NCBI GenBank assembly: GCA_035318785.1
Contig: DATHDZ010000341.1
Coordinates: 15,577-79,576, forward strand
DNA from: Micropepsaceae bacterium
GTDB lineage: Bacteria > Pseudomonadota > Alphaproteobacteria > Micropepsales > Micropepsaceae
DNA length: 64,000 nt
Direction of reading: 5' to 3'
Shown: piece after piece, positions 60,069-64,000 of the stretch
Numbering within the stretch: the first letter of the stretch is position 1
Layout of the letters: each line of letters starts with the position of its first letter
Program-made: the position numbers and the translations under genes
Notes under the pieces: generated by a model
Told to the model about the DNA's origin: nothing
The model's input: only the letters and a program-made list of their open reading frames with translations
Database searches by the model: none

Positions 60069-61013
60069 TCAAGCCATCAGGTCATATGTCCCGTTTGCGA
60101 ACAGCTCTTCCACGGCGACGGGCTTGGTGATGATGCGCTGCGTCAGCGCGTGCTGGATCAGTTCTTCGAGGGTTTTTCGGTTGGGCGCGATGCCATAGGG
60201 CAGCGGATCGCCGCTGATCTCCATCACGCGGCTGTGAACCTTGTCGACCTCCGTCGGTTTCTCGATGCGGCCGGTCTTCAACCGCTCGATGTAGAGGCGT
60301 TTGGACTGCGCGAACGCGTTGAAAACGTCCGCCGCCAATTCGGGATGTGCCGCCAGCAGCTCATCCCTGATCACCACCGTGTGGTTGATTGGGTAATGGC
60401 CATTGCGCTTATGCGCCGAGAGGCCCGCCTCGAGCGCATTGGGAATGAGCGGCTTCACGTCGGGATGGTCGATTTCGACACCGATCGCGGCGACGAGCTC
60501 GCCGGACGCGAGCATGTCGGCCATCTTCTTGCCCGGGTCGATCGGCACCACATTGGAGGGCGGCACATACTCCGCGACATGCTCGTCGCCCGAGAGCACC
60601 CAAGTGATCTTGCTCAAATCGACGCCGTATTCCTGCTGCAGGATGCCGCGCGCCCACACGCCTGTCGTGACCGTGTAGCCGCGATTGACGCCGACACGTT
60701 TTCCTTCGAGGTCCTTCGGCGTCCTGATACCCGCCTTGGTGTTGACCAGGATCGCGCCATGATGGAAGGCGCGCACCAGGAAAATCGGCACCGCCGTCAT
60801 GCGCTTCCCATGCGCGCGGGCGCAGATATAGGTCGTGATCGCCATCTCGCAGATGTCGAATTCGTTTCCCCGCACCATGCGGCGGAACGCGTCGATCAGC
60901 GGATTGACCTCGACGAAGTCGAACGCAAAGGTGGTTGGCTTCACCGTGCCGTCTTTGAGCGCGCTGTTGTTGCCCTGCGTGCGGGTGACGGTCTTCAGCT
61001 TCATATCGGTCAT
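60069..61013 (-). CDS. PhtD/NMT1-like cytoplasmic SBP-fold protein, paralog 3
   Basis: Only the last 314 codons of ORF 60069..61574 are credible. MTDMKLKTVTRTQGNNSALKDGTVKPTTFAFDFVEVNPLIDAFRRMVRGNEFDICEMAITTY... No signal peptide. Confidence 0.8.
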   Translation of the reverse strand: MTDMKLKTVTRTQGNNSALKDGTVKPTTFAFDFVEVNPLIDAFRRMVRGNEFDICEMAITTYICARAHGKRMTAVPIFLVRAFHHGAILVNTKAGIRTPKDLEGKRVGVNRGYTVTTGVWARGILQQEYGVDLSKITWVLSGDEHVAEYVPPSNVVPIDPGKKMADMLASGELVAAIGVEIDHPDVKPLIPNALEAGLSAHKRNGHYPINHTVVIRDELLAAHPELAADVFNAFAQSKRLYIERLKTGRIEKPTEVDKVHSRVMEISGDPLPYGIAPNRKTLEELIQHALTQRIITKPVAVEELFANGTYDLMA

Positions 61014-61166
61014 GGGGAATCCTGATAGGGACGGAGTGCGGCTGGGACTTCTATGCCAAACACGGAACGCTCCGTCGAGCGCACGTCTTGCAAAGTCCCC
61101 CCACCGCTCGCTTCGCGAGCACTTCCCCGCAAGCGGGTGAGGAAAACAGACCGCTGCTTCGCGTTT

Positions 61167-61189
61167 CCTCCCCTGCGAAGCGGGGGAGG
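61167..61189. repeat. GC hairpin of the CCTCCCC/GGGGAGG family
   Basis: CCTCCCC-tgcgaagcg-GGGGAGG, in a spacer that also holds CCCCGCaaGCGGG (about 61125-61137) and GCACGA-gatt-TCGTGC (about 61195-61210). Confidence 0.45.
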
Positions 61190-61302
61190 TGCCGAGCACG
61201 AGATTTCGTGCGAGGCGGAGGGGGCTTTGTTCCCGCCATCCTGTTCCGGCTTTTGAATCGGTGCCATGATCGCGCCGCCCCTTTGAGCAGGAGAAACGTC
61301 CG

Positions 61303-62346
61303 ATGATCACGCCAGGAACGTGCCGTGTCCTGCGAATTTTCGCGATCTGCGCGGCAGTTCTTGCTTCGAGCGCTGCTGGCGCGGCGGAATTCACGCTGAT
61401 GCCGACGCCGAAAACCGTCAACATCGGAAACTTCAACGCGGCCAACAAACCGGTTCTGACCATCAATTCCGGCGACATCGTCACCCTGGAAGCCGCCACG
61501 CAATTGGAACCCGAAGCGATCGATGCGTCCCGCGTCGTGGCACCCAGCGTCGTGCCGCAATATGTGCGGGACATCTATCGCGACGTGAAGGACAAGGGCC
61601 CCGGTCCGCATGTCCTCACCGGACCGATCTTCGTCAATGGCGCGATGCCGGGAGACGTGCTCGAGGTCCGCATTCTCGCGGTCGATCTCGCCGTCGGCTA
61701 TGGCTACAACCGCCAGCGTCCCTATACCGGCGCCCTGCCCGACGAATTCACGGGTTTCTGGCAGCGGGTGATTCCGATCAACCGCCAAGCCAAGACCGCC
61801 GAGGTCGCGCCCGGCGTCGTGGTGCCGCTGGATCATCCCTTCTTCGGCACGATGGGCGTCGCGCCGCCTCCCGTGATGGGACGCATCGGCAGCGGACCGC
61901 CGGGAATCCACAGCGGCAATCTGGACAACAAGGACCTTGGCGCCGGCTCGATCCTCTATATGCCTGTGCATGTGCCGGGCGCGTTGTTCTCGGCGGGTGA
62001 CGGGCACGGCGCGCAAGGCCAAGGCGAGGTCGATCTTTCGGCCGTCGAGACGGGCCTGCGGGGGCGCTTCCAGTTCGTCGTCCACAAGGACATGAAGCTG
62101 GTCTGGCCGCGCGGCGAAACCCCGACCCATTGGATCGTGATGGGGCTGAACACCAAATTGGATGAGGCCATGAAGATGGCCGTCCGCGAGACCATCAGTT
62201 TCATCACCCAGCGCTTTCCCAAGCTGACGCGGGAGGAGGCCTATATGATCGCCAGCGTCGCGGTGGATTATCACGTCACGCAGGTGGTGGACGGAACCGT
62301 GGGGATCCACGGCATGATCCCCAAGGCGATCTTCGTGAACCGTTGA
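61303..62346 (+). CDS. Acetamidase/formamidase (FmdA/AmdA) family protein, secreted
   Basis: Signal peptide. LTGPIFVNGAMPGDVLEVRILAV, GNLDNKDLGAGSILYMPV, SAGDGHGAQGQGEV are the family motifs. Confidence 0.85.
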   Translation: MITPGTCRVLRIFAICAAVLASSAAGAAEFTLMPTPKTVNIGNFNAANKPVLTINSGDIVTLEAATQLEPEAIDASRVVAPSVVPQYVRDIYRDVKDKGPGPHVLTGPIFVNGAMPGDVLEVRILAVDLAVGYGYNRQRPYTGALPDEFTGFWQRVIPINRQAKTAEVAPGVVVPLDHPFFGTMGVAPPPVMGRIGSGPPGIHSGNLDNKDLGAGSILYMPVHVPGALFSAGDGHGAQGQGEVDLSAVETGLRGRFQFVVHKDMKLVWPRGETPTHWIVMGLNTKLDEAMKMAVRETISFITQRFPKLTREEAYMIASVAVDYHVTQVVDGTVGIHGMIPKAIFVNR

Positions 62347-62705
62347 GCCGCGTCCAAACGCTCGCTCGGCTAGGCCAAGTTCTCCAATTGCGGGCCCGGG
62401 AGTCAAACGTTTGTTGGCTTTCCTGACGTCAGAACGTACCCCGCCATTGGCGTCTACGCTCCAGGAGCAAGGTCGGCGAGGTGTGAGATCTGCCTTAGGC
62501 ACAGCAGTTTGAACGGTGGGATTCGCGGGCATAACCACGATCGAGAGCTATCGAGACGACGGGCCAGGCGCCCGTTGGAGGTCTGATGAAAGGCGCGCCT
62601 GCGGCGTGATACGCCGCCTGACCCAAAGCCTTGTCGCCTGAAGTGCCGCCATTGCAACCCGCGCCGGGACACCTAGATCCTCCCTAAACCAAAGGAGGAC
62701 CAATC

Positions 62706-63485
62706 ATGACGATGAGCAGACGTAGTTTTTCGGCCGCCTTGGTTGCCGGTGCTGCCGCCTCGTTGATCTCCACCCGCGGCATGGCCGCGAACTCTTCTCC
62801 GGTCGTGGCCCGCAACGTTGTTCTCATTCACGGGTTGTTCGCCGACGGGTCATGCTGGTCCGAGGTGATCAGGCGATTGCAGGCCTCAGGACTCAATGCC
62901 ACGGCCGTGCAAAATCCCCTGACGACGCTGCATGAATCGGTAGCTTCGGTCCAGCGAGTGCTGGCTCGACAGGACGGCCCGACGGTTCTGGTCGGGCATT
63001 CCTTTGCCGGGATGATCGTCACCGAGGCCGGCGTGGATCCCCGTGTCTCGGCCCTCGTCTATGTTGCAGCGCGGGCCCCGGATGCGGGCGAGGACTACAC
63101 GACACTTGCCAAGACATTTCCCACGCCACCGGCGTCCGCCGGCATCATTTTCGACGGTGACGAAGGGCGCCTCAGCGAGCAGGCATTCTTGCGCGATTTC
63201 GCGGGCGACCTGCCGGAAGCGAAGGCGAAGGTGCTCTATGCCGTCCAGGAGCCGTTCCAAAAGGCTCTGCTCACGGGTAAGACCACGCAGGCGGCTTGGC
63301 GCTCGAAGCCGAGTTTCTATGCCGTCTCGACGGAAGATCGGACGATCAATCCCGATCTCGAGCGGTTCATGGCCAAACGCATGGGCGCAAAGACCATCGA
63401 GGTAAAAGCCAGTCATCTGTCGCTGATCTCCCACCCTGATGAGATCACGAATCTGATCCTGGAGGCTGCGGGGCAACGCAAGTAG
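62706..63485 (+). CDS. Secreted alpha/beta hydrolase
   Basis: AAAGGAGG RBS. MTMSRRSFSAALVAGAAASL Tat-like signal. VVLIHGLFADGSCW, LVGHSFAG (GxSxG), ASHLSLISHPDE. Confidence 0.85.
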   Translation: MTMSRRSFSAALVAGAAASLISTRGMAANSSPVVARNVVLIHGLFADGSCWSEVIRRLQASGLNATAVQNPLTTLHESVASVQRVLARQDGPTVLVGHSFAGMIVTEAGVDPRVSALVYVAARAPDAGEDYTTLAKTFPTPPASAGIIFDGDEGRLSEQAFLRDFAGDLPEAKAKVLYAVQEPFQKALLTGKTTQAAWRSKPSFYAVSTEDRTINPDLERFMAKRMGAKTIEVKASHLSLISHPDEITNLILEAAGQRK

Positions 63486-63601
63486 CAGAATTCGCCGTTC
63501 CATAAGTTCAAACTGAGACCGCGCCCGGCGACAGTCATTCTTGCTGCAAAGACAGCGATGCTTTAATTCTCCCCTTCTCTTAACCCTTCGGAGGTTTTCT
63601 C

Positions 63602-64000
63602 ATGCTTGCTCAGCGTCAGTCCAAAATTCTCCTCGCAGCCGGAGGCATGGTGCTGGCTTCGTGGGCCCTAAGCGACTTCGTATATGCGGCCGCGGCGCCC
63701 TTCGCACTGACATCCGCGACGTTCAAAGACGGCACCATGATGCCGAAGAAGGTCGCCAACATGAATGCTCCCAATGCCCCGATGCCCAATCCGAACTGCG
63801 TCGGCGAGAACGTCTCGCCGCAGCTCTCCTGGGGCGGCGCGCCTGAAGGCACCAAGAGCTTCGCGCTCACGATGGTCGATCCGGAAGGCCGCGGTGGTCT
63901 GGGCGTCTTCCATTGGGTGTCGTACGGCATTCCCGCCAATGTGACCTCCTTCGCGGAAGGCGAGGTCAGCAAGGCGTCGGACAAATATGTCGGCGGCAAG
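63602..64000 (+). CDS. YbhB/YbcL (PEBP/Raf-kinase-inhibitor-like) family protein, 3' end beyond the window (absent from ORF track)
   Basis: Own translation from ATG 63602: MLAQRQSKILLAAGGMVLASWALS...FALTSATFKDGTMMPKK...CVGENVSPQLSWGGAPEGTKSFALTMVDPEGRGGLGVFHWVSYGIPANV. Frame open for 133 codons to nt 64000. Confidence 0.8.
   Translation, partial: MLAQRQSKILLAAGGMVLASWALSDFVYAAAAPFALTSATFKDGTMMPKKVANMNAPNAPMPNPNCVGENVSPQLSWGGAPEGTKSFALTMVDPEGRGGLGVFHWVSYGIPANVTSFAEGEVSKASDKYVGGK

Noticed and set aside
61014-61574. N-terminal 187-codon extension of ORF 60069-61574.
   Set aside because: The extension runs through the GC-hairpin spacer (pseudo-peptide ...PHPLAGKCSRSERWG...). The PhtD-like protein starts convincingly at ATG 61013.
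62560-62630. CTGATGA (62583-62589) followed by hairpins, considered as a hammerhead ribozyme core.
   Set aside because: No GAAA/uridine-turn partner in the correct register. Stem II would not start after CUGAUGA, and no cleavage-site helix could be drawn.

Overview
GC-rich chromosomal window (about 60-65% GC by eye, not computed). Gene content suggests an alphaproteobacterium, probably Rhizobiales-like: Bug/TTT transporters, ELM1-family gene, PLAGEG-type GC hairpins. I can support about 50 protein-coding genes.

Content:
- Housekeeping anchors: ettA, leuA and gltB-gltD.
- The rest is mostly accessory metabolism: several aromatic-catabolism modules (pcaHG-like, LigB-type dioxygenase, PDR-type reductase, RraA/LigK-like aldolase, three PhtD/NMT1-like cytoplasmic SBP-fold proteins, FAD monooxygenase), a TTT transporter operon, two MFS transporters and a TonB-dependent receptor.
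- One 6.5-kb gene encodes a mosaic RTX/T1SS-type exoprotein.
- A small lower-GC islet (27.6-30.3 kb) carries a parDE toxin-antitoxin pair.
- Both window edges carry truncated genes that are missing from the supplied ORF track (1-771 minus; 63602-64000 plus).

Not found: I could not support any rRNA, tRNA, CRISPR array, transposase, integrase or reverse transcriptase. Most long ORFs in the track that lie antisense to these genes are GC-driven shadow ORFs.

Most interesting candidates for follow-up (all functional readings are inference):
1. A tightly coupled 5-gene minus-strand operon: 2OG-oxygenase, a 632-aa unknown protein, ELM1-like, TauE and a CoA-transferase.
2. An orphan EutA-like ATPase fused into a TTT transporter operon.
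3. A cluster mixing intradiol and extradiol dioxygenases with PrpD-, RidA- and PanB-like genes.
4. The mosaic RTX giant, whose N-terminal module looks prefixed by duplication.
5. 42-bp direct repeats bracketing leuA.
6. The TA-containing islet, which includes a possible GIY-YIG/T5orf172-like protein.

None of these can be called a confirmed novel system from sequence alone.
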